A DNA stretch of 36,190 nt from Pseudolysobacter sp. (GCA_043788685.1 JAYVTP010000023.1:1-36190); one strand, 5' to 3'; numbered from the stretch's first letter, positions 1 to 9,168 are shown. Notes: generated from the letters alone by a model not told the origin. Made by a program: numbers and translations.

Positions 1-99
1 CACTCGGCCACACCACGCCGCTGCAAGCGCTGCGCGCCTGGCGCAAGGATCGCCCTGAGCTGTTTGTCAGACATGTCAAGAATCAGACGGGACTAGACA
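1..99 (+). mobile_element. Right end of an IS481-family insertion sequence
   Basis: The transposase frame runs into ...GGGACTAGACA ending at 99. IS481 elements end in 5'-TGT...ACA-3', so the stop codon (102-104) would come from flanking DNA. The left IR is not in the window. Confidence 0.65.
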
Positions 100-104
100 C
101 GTAG
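3..104 (+). CDS. C-terminal fragment of an IS481-family transposase (5' part outside window)
   Basis: Frame 3 reads LGHTTPLQALRAWRKDRPELFVRHVKNQTGLDT*, matching the recognisable C-terminus (LGHxTPxQALxxWxxxxPELFxxxVxNxxGLD) of a subgroup of IS481 transposases; too short for the ORF track. Confidence 0.8.
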   Translation, partial: LGHTTPLQALRAWRKDRPELFVRHVKNQTGLDT

Positions 105-163
105 GTAGTAAGTGGAATAAATTGGGCGAGCTATGCCAGTGATTCGGAGCTCTTTGCAGCGCA

Positions 164-1999
164 TCAGTTTTCCCCCTCCCACTTGCAACTCTGCCCCTTG
201 TTCTGCTGCTTCAACCAAGCATACAACGGCGCGAAATAATCGATGATCGCGCTCGCATCCATCTGCTCGGAGCCGGTGAGTTCCTTGAGGGTTTTCTGCC
301 ACGGTTGGCTCGCGCCTTTTTGCAGCATCGCCCAGTATTTGTCGCCGGCGACCTTGCTGCCGTAGATCGAGCAATCGGCGAGTACGCCTTTTTGTCCGGC
401 GGCTTGGCACAGCGCGCGCTGGAACTGGAACTGCAGGATGTTCGCCATGAAATAGCGCATGTACGGTGTATTGCTGGCAACGTGATATTTCGCGCCCGGA
501 TCGAAATCTTCCTCGCTGCGCGGAATGCTCGACGACACGCCTTGGTATTTCTGCTTGAGCTTCCACCACGCCGCGTTGTAATCGCCCGGCTTGATCGAAC
601 CATCGAACACACCCCAGCGCCATTCGTCGATCATCTTGCCGAACGGCAGGAAAACGATCTTCTCCAGTGCGAGTTTCATCTGCGCATTCAGCAGCGCTTT
701 TTTATCCTGCGTGACTGCGCCGGTCAGGCCGATCGTGTGCAGGTACGCGGGTGTTAGCGATAGCTGGACGGTGTCACCGATCGCCTCGTGGAAACCGTCG
801 TTGGCGCCGTTCTGGAACAGCTCGGGTTGGCCGTTGTAGGCGAGGAAATAATAGATGTGGCCCATCTCGTGATAGACCGTGCGGAAATTTTCCTCGGTCG
901 GATTGATGCACATCTTGATGCGCACATCGCCGGCCTGATCGAGATCCCACGCGCTGGCGTGACACACCACGTCGCGATCGCGTGGACGTGTGAACTGCGA
1001 TTTTTCGTAGAACGATGCGGGCAGGGCGGGGAAACCGATCGAGCGATAAAAATCCTCGGCGCGGTGCACGATCTTCGGCGCGTCGTAGTTCTGCGCGACC
1101 AGCGCGGCATCGACATCGAGACTGCCGGCATCCTTGTACGGCTGCAGTAGCGGATACAACGCCGCCCAATTCTGCGCCCACATATTGCCGGTGACATGCG
1201 CGGGAATGGTGCCGTCCTTCGGCATGCGATCGCCGTATTCGGCCTTGAGCTTGCCGCGCGCGTAGCACTGCAACTGCTCGTACAGCGGACGCACCTGGCC
1301 CCACAGCCGATCCGTCTCGGGCTTGAACGCGGCAGGCGGCATATCGTAACCGGCGCGCCACAGTTCGCCGACATTGCCGTAACCGAGATCATGCGCGCCG
1401 TCGTTGAGCAACTCGGCGAAACGCACATAATCCTTGCGCATGATTCGGCTGGTGTGATGCCAGCCTGCCCACGCTTCGAGATCGGCGTTCCAGTCGCGAT
1501 TGCTCGCGAGCAACTTCGACAGATCATCGAGATTGCGGCACGTCGCCGGATCTTTTTCGTCGCTGCAGAATTTGCCCGCGCCGTATTCGCCGTCGAGTCG
1601 CGATGCGATTTCGGTGAGTTCCTTGAGCTTCGCAGGATCTTTCGGCGCGGGCATGGCGGTAGACAATTTCAGCAGCTCAATGCTGCGTTTGCTCGCTGCG
1701 CTGATGCCCGGCACATTGGCATAGGCCTTGGATTTTTCGACGTCTGCCGAAAGCTTGGCGAGACTGCGCTCGTTGCTGCGCGACACCAGCAATTGCGTAT
1801 CGCCGTTGATATAGGTTTCGGCGATCCACTGTGCGGCGGTGGCCTCGGGATAATCGGCCTTGTATTGCTTGTTGAGCGCGGCGACAAACGCATCCGCACC
1901 GGCTGCCGTTGCGGTGATGTTGTCATTGTCCGCGGCAATGGCGCATGGCGCGGCGCACAGCGCGAGGACGATGGCGAGCGAGATGCTGGCAGTTTTCAC
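164..1999 (-). CDS. M2 family metallopeptidase (peptidyl-dipeptidase A, ACE-like), exported
   Basis: Signal peptide; HEMGH zinc motif, downstream GANDGFHEAIGD, VVCHASAWD and FDPGAKYHV motifs typical of ACE/M2 peptidases; GTG start. Confidence 0.95.
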   Translation of the reverse strand: MKTASISLAIVLALCAAPCAIAADNDNITATAAGADAFVAALNKQYKADYPEATAAQWIAETYINGDTQLLVSRSNERSLAKLSADVEKSKAYANVPGISAASKRSIELLKLSTAMPAPKDPAKLKELTEIASRLDGEYGAGKFCSDEKDPATCRNLDDLSKLLASNRDWNADLEAWAGWHHTSRIMRKDYVRFAELLNDGAHDLGYGNVGELWRAGYDMPPAAFKPETDRLWGQVRPLYEQLQCYARGKLKAEYGDRMPKDGTIPAHVTGNMWAQNWAALYPLLQPYKDAGSLDVDAALVAQNYDAPKIVHRAEDFYRSIGFPALPASFYEKSQFTRPRDRDVVCHASAWDLDQAGDVRIKMCINPTEENFRTVYHEMGHIYYFLAYNGQPELFQNGANDGFHEAIGDTVQLSLTPAYLHTIGLTGAVTQDKKALLNAQMKLALEKIVFLPFGKMIDEWRWGVFDGSIKPGDYNAAWWKLKQKYQGVSSSIPRSEEDFDPGAKYHVASNTPYMRYFMANILQFQFQRALCQAAGQKGVLADCSIYGSKVAGDKYWAMLQKGASQPWQKTLKELTGSEQMDASAIIDYFAPLYAWLKQQNKGQSCKWEGEN

Positions 2000-2107
2000 G
2001 AGATTCCCCTGCTGAGTGAGGCAAGCAGGCTAATCGCCGCGATTGTCACACGCAAACACAGCGCAACATTTCGCCAGGGCGAAACGAGCACATTGTGTCT
2101 TCCGAAG

Positions 2108-2563
2108 CTACATCAGCAACGCCTCAAGCCTTTCGCTGACTCGGCGCATTGCATCTCCGACCGCAATCAGTTCTTCCGGGCTGTCCATCTCCGTCATCGC
2201 ACGCACCACGCCGGCCTGCACGACAGCAGTTTTTTTCGCCATGGCCTCGCCTTTTGCCGTGAGGCGCAGGCGTCGTGCGCGTGCATCGGCTGGGTCGGGT
2301 TCGCGCTTGACCCAGCCGCGTTTTTCGAGCTGGCCGACCAGGCTGCTGATATGACTTTTCGCGGTGAAACAGCGTTGCGCCAGAACTTGCTGGCTGATAC
2401 CCGGATCGCGCAACAAATTGGCGAGGATCTCGTGATCGGGCGTGCGTATGCCGATCGCGGCGAGATTCTGCGTCATCACCGCATCGCACAGGTGATAGGC
2501 GCGCACCACGGCGAGCCACGATCGAATCGCAGCGCGGGAGGTTTCGTCGGTCGTCTTGGTCAT
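2108..2563 (-). CDS. MarR family transcriptional regulator
   Basis: 151 aa winged HTH (GISQQVLA...KSHISSLVGQLEKRGWVKREPDPADARARRLRLTAKG). Confidence 0.93.
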   Translation of the reverse strand: MTKTTDETSRAAIRSWLAVVRAYHLCDAVMTQNLAAIGIRTPDHEILANLLRDPGISQQVLAQRCFTAKSHISSLVGQLEKRGWVKREPDPADARARRLRLTAKGEAMAKKTAVVQAGVVRAMTEMDSPEELIAVGDAMRRVSERLEALLM

Positions 2564-2569
2564 CTTGTA

Positions 2570-2611
2570 ATTGGTTCGGAAACGAACTATATTGTTCGAA
2601 AGCGAACCAAT
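2570..2611. promoter_or_regulatory. Tandem palindromic operator, probably bound by the adjacent MarR
   Basis: GTTCG-N4-CGAAC at 2574-2587 and 2594-2607 (20-bp period), framed by ATTGGTTCG/CGAACCAAT, filling the 57-bp gap between divergent genes. Confidence 0.7.
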
Positions 2612-2620
2612 ACTACGCCA

Positions 2621-3151
2621 ATGAATCTATACCTGCGATTGCTCTGGACCCTGTGGCGCGCATCGCGTCTGCCGAAGCTGCAGATCGGCGACTGGATCGA
2701 GCGCCGCCAGCGCGTTTTGCCGAACGATCTGGACATCAACCTGCATATGAACAACGGTCGTTATCTCACCGTGGTCGACTTGTTGCTGGTGGAATATTTC
2801 GTGCGCTGCGGATTTGCGCCCACCATGCTCCGGCTGCGCTGGCGACCGATGCTCGGAGGCTCGGTGATCACTTATCGCCGCGGCCTGCAACCGTTCCAGT
2901 CGTATCGATTGCGCTTCGCCATCGTCGCTGCTGACGCTCATTGGAATTACATGCGATTCGAGTTTTTGTGCGAGGACGGAACCTTGTGTGCCGCGGGCCT
3001 GGCCAAGGGAGCGGCGGTAGGGCGCAACGGCCTGATCACGAATACGGAATCGTATGCGCAGATGGGCAAGGATTTTATCGCCGCGCCATTGCCGCCGGCG
3101 GTGCAACACTGGCTCGATGCCGAGCGCAGCATCGTCGACGACGTTGCCTAA
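2621..3151 (+). CDS. Hotdog-fold acyl-CoA thioesterase family protein (4HBT-like)
   Basis: Likely start ATG 2621 (MNLYLRLLWTLW...); motif RVLPNDLDINLHMNNGRYLT. The 651-aa ORF-track version is mostly antisense shadow of the M2 and MarR genes. Confidence 0.9.
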   Translation: MNLYLRLLWTLWRASRLPKLQIGDWIERRQRVLPNDLDINLHMNNGRYLTVVDLLLVEYFVRCGFAPTMLRLRWRPMLGGSVITYRRGLQPFQSYRLRFAIVAADAHWNYMRFEFLCEDGTLCAAGLAKGAAVGRNGLITNTESYAQMGKDFIAAPLPPAVQHWLDAERSIVDDVA

Positions 3152-3174
3152 TCGATATTTCCACGGAACCAAAC

Positions 3175-3600
3175 ATGACGAATCAACAGACCGCTTCATT
3201 GCTGATCGCCGCGAGCGCCGCGATCATCCTGCTGCTCGGTATCGTGCATCTTGTGTACACGTTTGTTGGTGCGCGGCTGCATCCGCGCGACGCACGCCTG
3301 ATCGTGCAGATGCAGGCGGTATCACCAATACTGACACGCCAGACCACGATCTGGCGCGCATGGATCGGCTTCAACGCGAGCCACAGTTTTGGCGCGATAT
3401 TGTTTGGCCTGGTCTACGGATTTCTCGCGCAGGCGCACGCCGACCTGCTGCTGCGATCGACGTTTCTGCTATCGGTCGGAATGTTGCTGCTGGCAGGTTA
3501 CATGACGCTCGCATGGCGTTATTGGTTTTCGATTCCGTTTCGCGGCATCGTGCTTTCGAGCTTGTTGTACATCGCTGCGCTGATTACGCTTTGTTTCTAG
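3175..3600 (+). CDS. Small multi-pass membrane protein (LIC_13387-like family)
   Basis: ATG 3175 follows the thioesterase stop; about 4 hydrophobic segments and the conserved-looking WRAWIGFNASHSFG and RYWFSIPFRG motifs. Confidence 0.7.
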   Translation: MTNQQTASLLIAASAAIILLLGIVHLVYTFVGARLHPRDARLIVQMQAVSPILTRQTTIWRAWIGFNASHSFGAILFGLVYGFLAQAHADLLLRSTFLLSVGMLLLAGYMTLAWRYWFSIPFRGIVLSSLLYIAALITLCF

Positions 3601-3711
3601 CGAGCGCGCCTGGCCGATGATTTGTGTATCAGGCGGAAAGTCGAAGAAATGCGGAAAAATCTTTGACGAGTCCTGTGAGTTGATAAGCCAATGCTGAACA
3701 AATTATTGCAG

Positions 3712-4275
3712 TTAGCCAGGAGGTTGCGGCAAGAGTTCACGCTGCTGCTGCAGCCACGCACGCGCGTCTTCGGCATCGTGCTCGAACCACGCGCGCGTTG
3801 AACCGAGGCGGAAGGTGTAGCCCCATGCATCCATGTCGGCCATCAGGCGCGCGCTGCCAACGTTGGGCACACACTCGGCGAGCAGGATTTGCAGATAACA
3901 CGTGGCGTCTTCCTCGGCTTGCGAATCGCTGGCGTCGGTGTGCACGCGCGCGCGACAGTCGGCCGGCAACACGATCAGATGACAGGCTTCGTGCAGTAGC
4001 GAGTGGATCGGCGTATCGCCGCGCGCATACACCGTCGAGCCAATCACGCCGGCCTCGGGATCGCCCCAGTAACTGCCGGGAATCGGTTGATCGTTGGCGA
4101 CGATTTCAAGCGCGAGATCGTAGCGATGTAACAGCGATGTCAATGCGATCAGCGGAAATTCACGCAGCAACAATACGGAGTTTTCCGCTGGCACCGAATG
4201 CATTGTTTCGGCCGTTGCGCTTGACGACGAATCACGCAGCACCGATGCCGAATTTTTGCGTTGAACTATCGACAT
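3712..4275 (-). CDS. Conserved hypothetical protein with HExxH metal-binding motif
   Basis: IPGSYWGDPEAG...DTPIHSLLHEACH...EEDATCYLQ...DMDAWGYTFRLGS; directly downstream of minE. Start may be ATG 4203. Confidence 0.7.
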   Translation of the reverse strand: MSIVQRKNSASVLRDSSSSATAETMHSVPAENSVLLLREFPLIALTSLLHRYDLALEIVANDQPIPGSYWGDPEAGVIGSTVYARGDTPIHSLLHEACHLIVLPADCRARVHTDASDSQAEEDATCYLQILLAECVPNVGSARLMADMDAWGYTFRLGSTRAWFEHDAEDARAWLQQQRELLPQPPG

Positions 4276-4311
4276 GGACCGATCTTCATCGCCGAGTTTG
4301 AAAAAATCGTC

Positions 4312-4599
4312 TCAGCTATTGGTCGCTGGCGGCGGCGTGATTTCGTGGCCTTTTTCCGGCAACGCAACCGATAGTTCCAGCACCTCATGATCGCCATCGC
4401 GCTCGACATTGATCAGCACCGCATCGGGATCGACATTGACGTATTTCTTGATCACTTCAAGAATTTCACGACGCAGCAGCGGCAGGTAATCCGGCGCACC
4501 ACGCGCACCGCGTTCTTGCGCGACGATGATGCGCAAACGTTCCTTCGCCACCGACGCGGTGTTCTTCGGCCGTGCGCGCAGAAAATCGAAAATACCCAT
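4312..4599 (-). CDS. minE: Cell division topological specificity factor MinE
   Basis: MGIFDFL...[14 protein letters not shown]...[19 protein letters not shown]; follows minD. Confidence 0.97.
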   Translation of the reverse strand: MGIFDFLRARPKNTASVAKERLRIIVAQERGARGAPDYLPLLRREILEVIKKYVNVDPDAVLINVERDGDHEVLELSVALPEKGHEITPPPATNS

Positions 4600-4601
4600 G
4601 C

Positions 4602-5414
4602 TCAGCCTCCGAACAGTCGTGACATGAGGCCCTTCTTGGGCGCATCCATAAACCGCATCGGACGATCCTGGCCGAGCAGGCGCGCCACCGCGTCTTCATA
4701 GGCGAGGCCGGCGTTCGAGCCTTCATCCAGAATCACCGGCACGCCGGAGTTGGATGCAGCGAGTACGCCTTCGGATTCGGGAATCACGCCAAGCACGTTG
4801 ATGCCGAGAATTTCTTGCACGTCGGCCAGGCTCATCATGTCGCCATTCTGCACTCGGGCCGGGTTGTAGCGGGTCAGCAGCAGGTGTTCCTGCACTTTTC
4901 CCTCGCCGAGTTCGGCGCGACGGGTCTTGCTCGAAAGCAGGCCGAGGATGCGATCCGAATCGCGTACCGAGGAGACTTCCGGATTCACCACTACGATCGC
5001 GCGATCGGCAAAATACATCGCGAGGAACGCGCCTTTCTCGATGCCGGCAGGCGAGTCGCACACGACGAAGTCGAACGCTTCGGTCTTGAATTCTTCGAGC
5101 ACACGCTCGACGCCTTCCTTGGTCAGCGCGTCTTTGTCGCGCGTTTGCGAGGCCGCGAGCACAAACAATGTTTCGTAACGTTTGTCCTTGATCAGCGCCT
5201 GCTTCAAAGTGCATTCGCCGTGGATGACGTTGACGAAGTCGTATACCACACGACGTTCGCAGCCCATGATCAGATCGAGGTTGCGCAGGCCGACGTCGAA
5301 ATCGATGACGGCGACTTTTTTGCCGTGTTTGGCCAAGCCGACCGCGATGCTCGCGCTGCTTGTGGTCTTGCCGACGCCACCCTTGCCGGATGTGACAACG
5401 ATAATTTCAGTCAC
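4602..5414 (-). CDS. minD: Septum site-determining ATPase MinD
   Basis: Deviant Walker [34 protein letters not shown]-terminal amphipathic helix [12 protein letters not shown] 5414 sits after a GGAG RBS; ATG 5426 is an alternative start. Confidence 0.97.
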   Translation of the reverse strand: MTEIIVVTSGKGGVGKTTSSASIAVGLAKHGKKVAVIDFDVGLRNLDLIMGCERRVVYDFVNVIHGECTLKQALIKDKRYETLFVLAASQTRDKDALTKEGVERVLEEFKTEAFDFVVCDSPAGIEKGAFLAMYFADRAIVVVNPEVSSVRDSDRILGLLSSKTRRAELGEGKVQEHLLLTRYNPARVQNGDMMSLADVQEILGINVLGVIPESEGVLAASNSGVPVILDEGSNAGLAYEDAVARLLGQDRPMRFMDAPKKGLMSRLFGG

Positions 5415-5492
5415 TATTTTCTCCATTCTTGTTTGACTTGCCGACGGTTTGAAAGCCGGATTCTTGATATAACAATCGCATCGCGAGATGTA

Positions 5493-6281
5493 TCAGCCGA
5501 GTTTTGCCAGCAGCAGTTTTTCGCCATCGAGCCAGACCTGCACCGGCTTGCCGCGCATGTCGTCAGGAATGGTTTCGAACACGCGATATTGACCGGCGAT
5601 GGACACCAGTTCGGCATGGAATTCTTGACAGAATATTCGCGCGGAGATATCGCCTTGTGCCCCAGCCAGCGCGCGGCCGCTTAAACGGCCATAAATGTGG
5701 ATTGATCCATCGGCAATCGCTTCGGCACCGTTGCCTACGGCCGCAGTGAGAATCAGGTCACGACCGCGTGCATACACCTGCTGGCCGGAGCGCACCGGTT
5801 TGGTATGCAGCATGCCGATGTTCGCGGCTGCCGTTGCACTCGCGGGCGGCGCGGGCGCCGCGCGTGTTGCGACCGGCGCCGGTTCGATCGCGGCAACGTG
5901 CGCGGGTTCGGCATTGGGTGTGTTGCCACCGCTGCGTTCGTACGACGCACGGAATTTTGCGAACAGCGGCAGATCCAGCGCACGCGCCAGTGCTTCGTTC
6001 TCGGTCGTGCCGTAGGAAAGTCCGACCGGCAGCACGCCGGTTTCGCGCAGCGCGGTGATCAACTGCCGCACCGTCTCGACATCCGGCGTGTGCAGCAAAT
6101 GGCTGAAGTCCACGATCACCGGCGCGTGCAGAAACATCTGCGGCGCGGTTTCGACGCGTTGCCGCATTTCCTGCACGAGCATTTCGATATCGAGTTCGCG
6201 GATGCGCAGATTGGCCACACCGACCTGGCCGAATTTGAGTTCGCCGGCTTGTTCGCTGATCACGGGATGGCGTTGCGGCAT
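5493..6281 (-). CDS. minC: Septum site-determining protein MinC
   Basis: C-terminal domain PVRSGQQVYA...GAEAIADGSIHIYGRLSGRALAGAQGD...AELVSIAG; Pro/Ala linker. Start uncertain (ATG 6281 or GTG 6263 rather than 6341, which overlaps the GNAT gene). Confidence 0.95.
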   Translation of the reverse strand: MPQRHPVISEQAGELKFGQVGVANLRIRELDIEMLVQEMRQRVETAPQMFLHAPVIVDFSHLLHTPDVETVRQLITALRETGVLPVGLSYGTTENEALARALDLPLFAKFRASYERSGGNTPNAEPAHVAAIEPAPVATRAAPAPPASATAAANIGMLHTKPVRSGQQVYARGRDLILTAAVGNGAEAIADGSIHIYGRLSGRALAGAQGDISARIFCQEFHAELVSIAGQYRVFETIPDDMRGKPVQVWLDGEKLLLAKLG

Positions 6282-6294
6282 CGTATGTATCGGC

Positions 6295-6906
6295 CTAGTT
6301 TTCGCCGGCGGCGCGCGCGCGTCGCGTTGCGTGCGGTTCACGCTCGAGTAGCCATGACAGATTTGGCAAACCGTGATCCGCGCCGTTCAAATAGGTGTCG
6401 CGCACGAACGGAAAACTTGGCAGCGATTTCACCAGCAACGATACCGGCACGTTGAATCCGGCCATCACCTGCTGACCGACTTCATGGAAGCCGAACATGC
6501 CATGGAACAACACCGAGACATCGTCGCGCGGTTCTAGCAGCACTTCGCAACTCAGCACCGGCACGCGCACTTCGGCATAACTGGTGACGTCGCAATAAAA
6601 CACCCGCCCCAGGCCGAGGCCGCGATACGCCTGCCCGAGCACGATGCGATCGATGTAGACAAACTCGTCGTAGCGCTCGCTGAACCAGCGATAGTTGGGG
6701 CTGTCGTATTGCGCGTCAGCACGCATCGCGATCAAAAATCCGACGATGCTGCCATCGACTACGGCGACACGAAAATAATCGGCGATTTCGAAAAACTGGC
6801 GCAGGCGTGCCGCGTTCAAGGGCAGGATGGTGACACCGGCAGCGTTGTTCAGCGCGAGCACGGAATCAAGTTCATGCTCGCGCACGTCGCGGATGGCTAC
6901 GGCCAT
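6295..6906 (-). CDS. GNAT family N-acetyltransferase
   Basis: YDSPNYRWF...FVYIDRIV...YRGLGLGR acetyl-CoA binding motif...FHGMFGFHEVGQQ. Confidence 0.9.
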   Translation of the reverse strand: MAVAIRDVREHELDSVLALNNAAGVTILPLNAARLRQFFEIADYFRVAVVDGSIVGFLIAMRADAQYDSPNYRWFSERYDEFVYIDRIVLGQAYRGLGLGRVFYCDVTSYAEVRVPVLSCEVLLEPRDDVSVLFHGMFGFHEVGQQVMAGFNVPVSLLVKSLPSFPFVRDTYLNGADHGLPNLSWLLEREPHATRRARAAGEN

Positions 6907-7015
6907 TCGGGTTTACTCCATCGGACGGGATAGGTGCGGCGAGCCGCTCCAGAATGACGCAATTATGGCATGCGCTCCGCGGCGTCGCTACGCCGAAACC
7001 GCCTGACGCCGTTAA

Positions 7016-7199
7016 GAACCTGTTCAATATCTTACTGCGCGACCCTGATCGAGGGTCATGCGCTGCTCGAAATACGCACATACGAAAAGTATGCTCCGCT
7101 TTCGGCAACTGCATCCTGCGTTGCTCTAACTCCGGCATCCATGCCATCGTCTGCGCTGCGCGGCACACAGATGTCCATGTGCCGCGATTGAACAGATTC
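7016..7199. mobile_element. MITE-like non-autonomous element (IS5-like ends)
   Basis: 13-bp terminal inverted repeats GAACCTGTTCAAT (7016-7028) and ATTGAACAGATTC (7187-7199), 12/13 match; flanked by TAA at 7013-7015 and 7200-7202; several internal hairpins; no convincing coding frame. Confidence 0.75.
7103..7149. repeat. Small palindromic (REP-like) repeat nested in the MITE; related copy at 36153-36190
   Basis: CGGCAACTGCATCCTGCGTTGCTCTAACTCCGGCATCCATGCCATCG with GCAAC/GTTGC and GGCAT/ATGCC stems; 30/38 ungapped identity to 36153-36190. Confidence 0.6.
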
Positions 7200-7288
7200 T
7201 AAGAACTTGCAAATATTCCCAAACAATCCGCGTCGCCCCCTTACTTAGGATAGATTGCGCTCGGCGCTGCTGCGCCTATGATGCAGGC

Positions 7289-8443
7289 ATGAATTTCCAG
7301 TCGATCAACCACATCCAGCTGCTGCGTTACGCGGGCCTGTACACCTATGTCTGGGTCTGCATTCCGTGGTTGTGGAATATTCCGGAGGATGAGGGTACCA
7401 CCGCCGTGCATCTGGCTTGGGTGGTGTCGTACCTCACGTTTGGCGTGGCGTACTGGGCCATCACGCGCGATCTCGGCAAACGCCAGCCGTGGCAGTTGAA
7501 GGTGCCGTTGCTGGTGATCATGACCTCGATGACGATGGCGCTGAGTTATTTCAGCCATTCCGGCCTCGGCAGCGTGCTGATGTTGGTGATCGCCGGGGTG
7601 CTGCCGTGGCTACTGCCGTTCTGGCCGAGCATGGTGTGGCTGATCCTGCAGAATCTCGCGCTGATTCCGATCATGAAAAGCCAGCCGGATTACGGTTGGC
7701 TGGACGCGCTGATCCAGAGCGGCGTGTATCTGGGTTACACCGGGTTCGCCTTCATTACCTCACTCGTGGCGCGCCAGCAGGCGGATTCGCGTGAGGAATT
7801 GCGCCGCCTGAATTCCGAATTGCGCGCGACGCGAAAACTGCTCGCGGAATCCAGCCGCATCGCCGAACGCATGCGCATCTCGCGCGAGCTGCACGATCTG
7901 GTTGGGCATCATCTGACCGCGCTGAGTTTGAATCTCGAAGTGGCCAGTCATCTGGTCAGTGGCGGCGCGCAGGAACACGTGCGCCAGGCGCAATCGGTCG
8001 CAAAATTATTGCTGTCGGATGTGCGCGAAGTGGTGAGCCAGTTGCGCGATGGCGACGCAATCGATCTGACCGAAGCACTGCGCACGATTGTCGAAGGCGT
8101 GCCGGCGCTGGCGATCCATCTCGAACTGCCGCCGCGTTTTGCGGTGGACGACCCACGTCGCGCGCAGGTACTGTTGCGCTGTGCGCAGGAAATCATCACC
8201 AACGCGGTACGGCATGCCGATGCCAGAAATCTGTGGCTGCGTTTTGAACACACTGCGGAAAAAGAATTGGCGATCCATGCCCGCGACGATGGGCTCGGCG
8301 CCGATATGCTGAAACAAGGCAACGGGCTGGTCGGCATGCGCGAGCGACTGGCGCAGCTTGGTGGCCGCTTGAACATCATTACCGCCAAGGGGCAGGGCTT
8401 CACGCTCGAAGCCTGGCTGCCACTGGAGACAACCGATTTATGA
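7289..8443 (+). CDS. Membrane sensor histidine kinase (HisKA_3, DesK/NarX-type)
   Basis: N-terminal TM helices; ERMRISRELHDLVGH H-box; QEIITNAVRHA, DDGLG, GNGLVGMRERL. Confidence 0.95.
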   Translation: MNFQSINHIQLLRYAGLYTYVWVCIPWLWNIPEDEGTTAVHLAWVVSYLTFGVAYWAITRDLGKRQPWQLKVPLLVIMTSMTMALSYFSHSGLGSVLMLVIAGVLPWLLPFWPSMVWLILQNLALIPIMKSQPDYGWLDALIQSGVYLGYTGFAFITSLVARQQADSREELRRLNSELRATRKLLAESSRIAERMRISRELHDLVGHHLTALSLNLEVASHLVSGGAQEHVRQAQSVAKLLLSDVREVVSQLRDGDAIDLTEALRTIVEGVPALAIHLELPPRFAVDDPRRAQVLLRCAQEIITNAVRHADARNLWLRFEHTAEKELAIHARDDGLGADMLKQGNGLVGMRERLAQLGGRLNIITAKGQGFTLEAWLPLETTDL

Positions 8444-9081
8444 TTTCCGTATGCCTGGTCGATGACCAGACCCTGGTGCGCCAGGGCATTCGCAGCTTGC
8501 TTGAACTGTCCGACTCGATTCGCGTTGTCGCCGAAGCGGTGGATGGCGCGCAGGCGGTCGAGATCATTCCGCAGGTCAAGCCCGATGTGGTGTTGCTCGA
8601 CATGCGCATGCCCGGTTTGTCCGGCCTCGATGTGCTGAACGCGCTCGCTGCAAAACAGCAATTGCCGCCGACGATCATCCTGACCACATTCGATGACGAC
8701 CAGATCGTGCTGGCCGGATTAAAAGCCGGCGCGCGCGGTTATCTGCTCAAGGATGTGTCGCTCGATCAACTCGTGACCGCCGTCAAAACCGTGGCCGAAG
8801 GCGGATCATTGGTCGCACCGATTCTGAGCCAGCGGCTGCTCTCGGGATTGGAGCGCATGCAGAACGATTTCACCAGCCTTGATCGGCCCGATCCGCTGAC
8901 CGAGCGCGAAACCGAAATCCTGCGTCTGATGGCGAGTGGCTACAGCAACAAGGAAATCGCCAATTCGTTGAACGTGGCCGAAGGGACGGTGAAAAATCAC
9001 GTCTCGAATATTCTGTCCAAGCTCGGCGTGCGCGATCGCACGCGTGCCGTTTTGAAGGCGTTCGAGCTGGGGATTGTTTAA
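8440..9081 (+). CDS. NarL/LuxR family response regulator
   Basis: REC domain (VDD, LLDMRMP, YLLKD) plus LuxR HTH (LTERETEIL...GYSNKEIA...EGTVKNHVSNILSKL); ATGA overlap with the kinase. Confidence 0.96.
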   Translation: MISVCLVDDQTLVRQGIRSLLELSDSIRVVAEAVDGAQAVEIIPQVKPDVVLLDMRMPGLSGLDVLNALAAKQQLPPTIILTTFDDDQIVLAGLKAGARGYLLKDVSLDQLVTAVKTVAEGGSLVAPILSQRLLSGLERMQNDFTSLDRPDPLTERETEILRLMASGYSNKEIANSLNVAEGTVKNHVSNILSKLGVRDRTRAVLKAFELGIV

Positions 9082-9168
9082 GGTTTCTGCCGCATGCGAT
9101 CAGTCAATTCATCCATGCCATGAGTTGGGGTCGTTCACGATCGCGACTTGAGTTAAGCTTCTACCGGT

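Noticed and set aside
2583-2598. CGAAC-N6-GTTCG resembling a LexA box
   Set aside because: The spacing does not fit the Gram-positive CGAAC-N4-GTTCG box, and the motif is better explained as part of the local MarR operator.
1196-2620. N-terminal ~475 aa of the 651-aa plus-strand ORF
   Set aside because: It is antisense to the M2 peptidase and MarR genes; only the part from ATG 2621 has a recognisable fold.
6872-7202. Short ORFs (73-98 aa) across the GNAT-kinase intergenic region
   Set aside because: They coincide with the palindromic MITE-like element and show no coding features.
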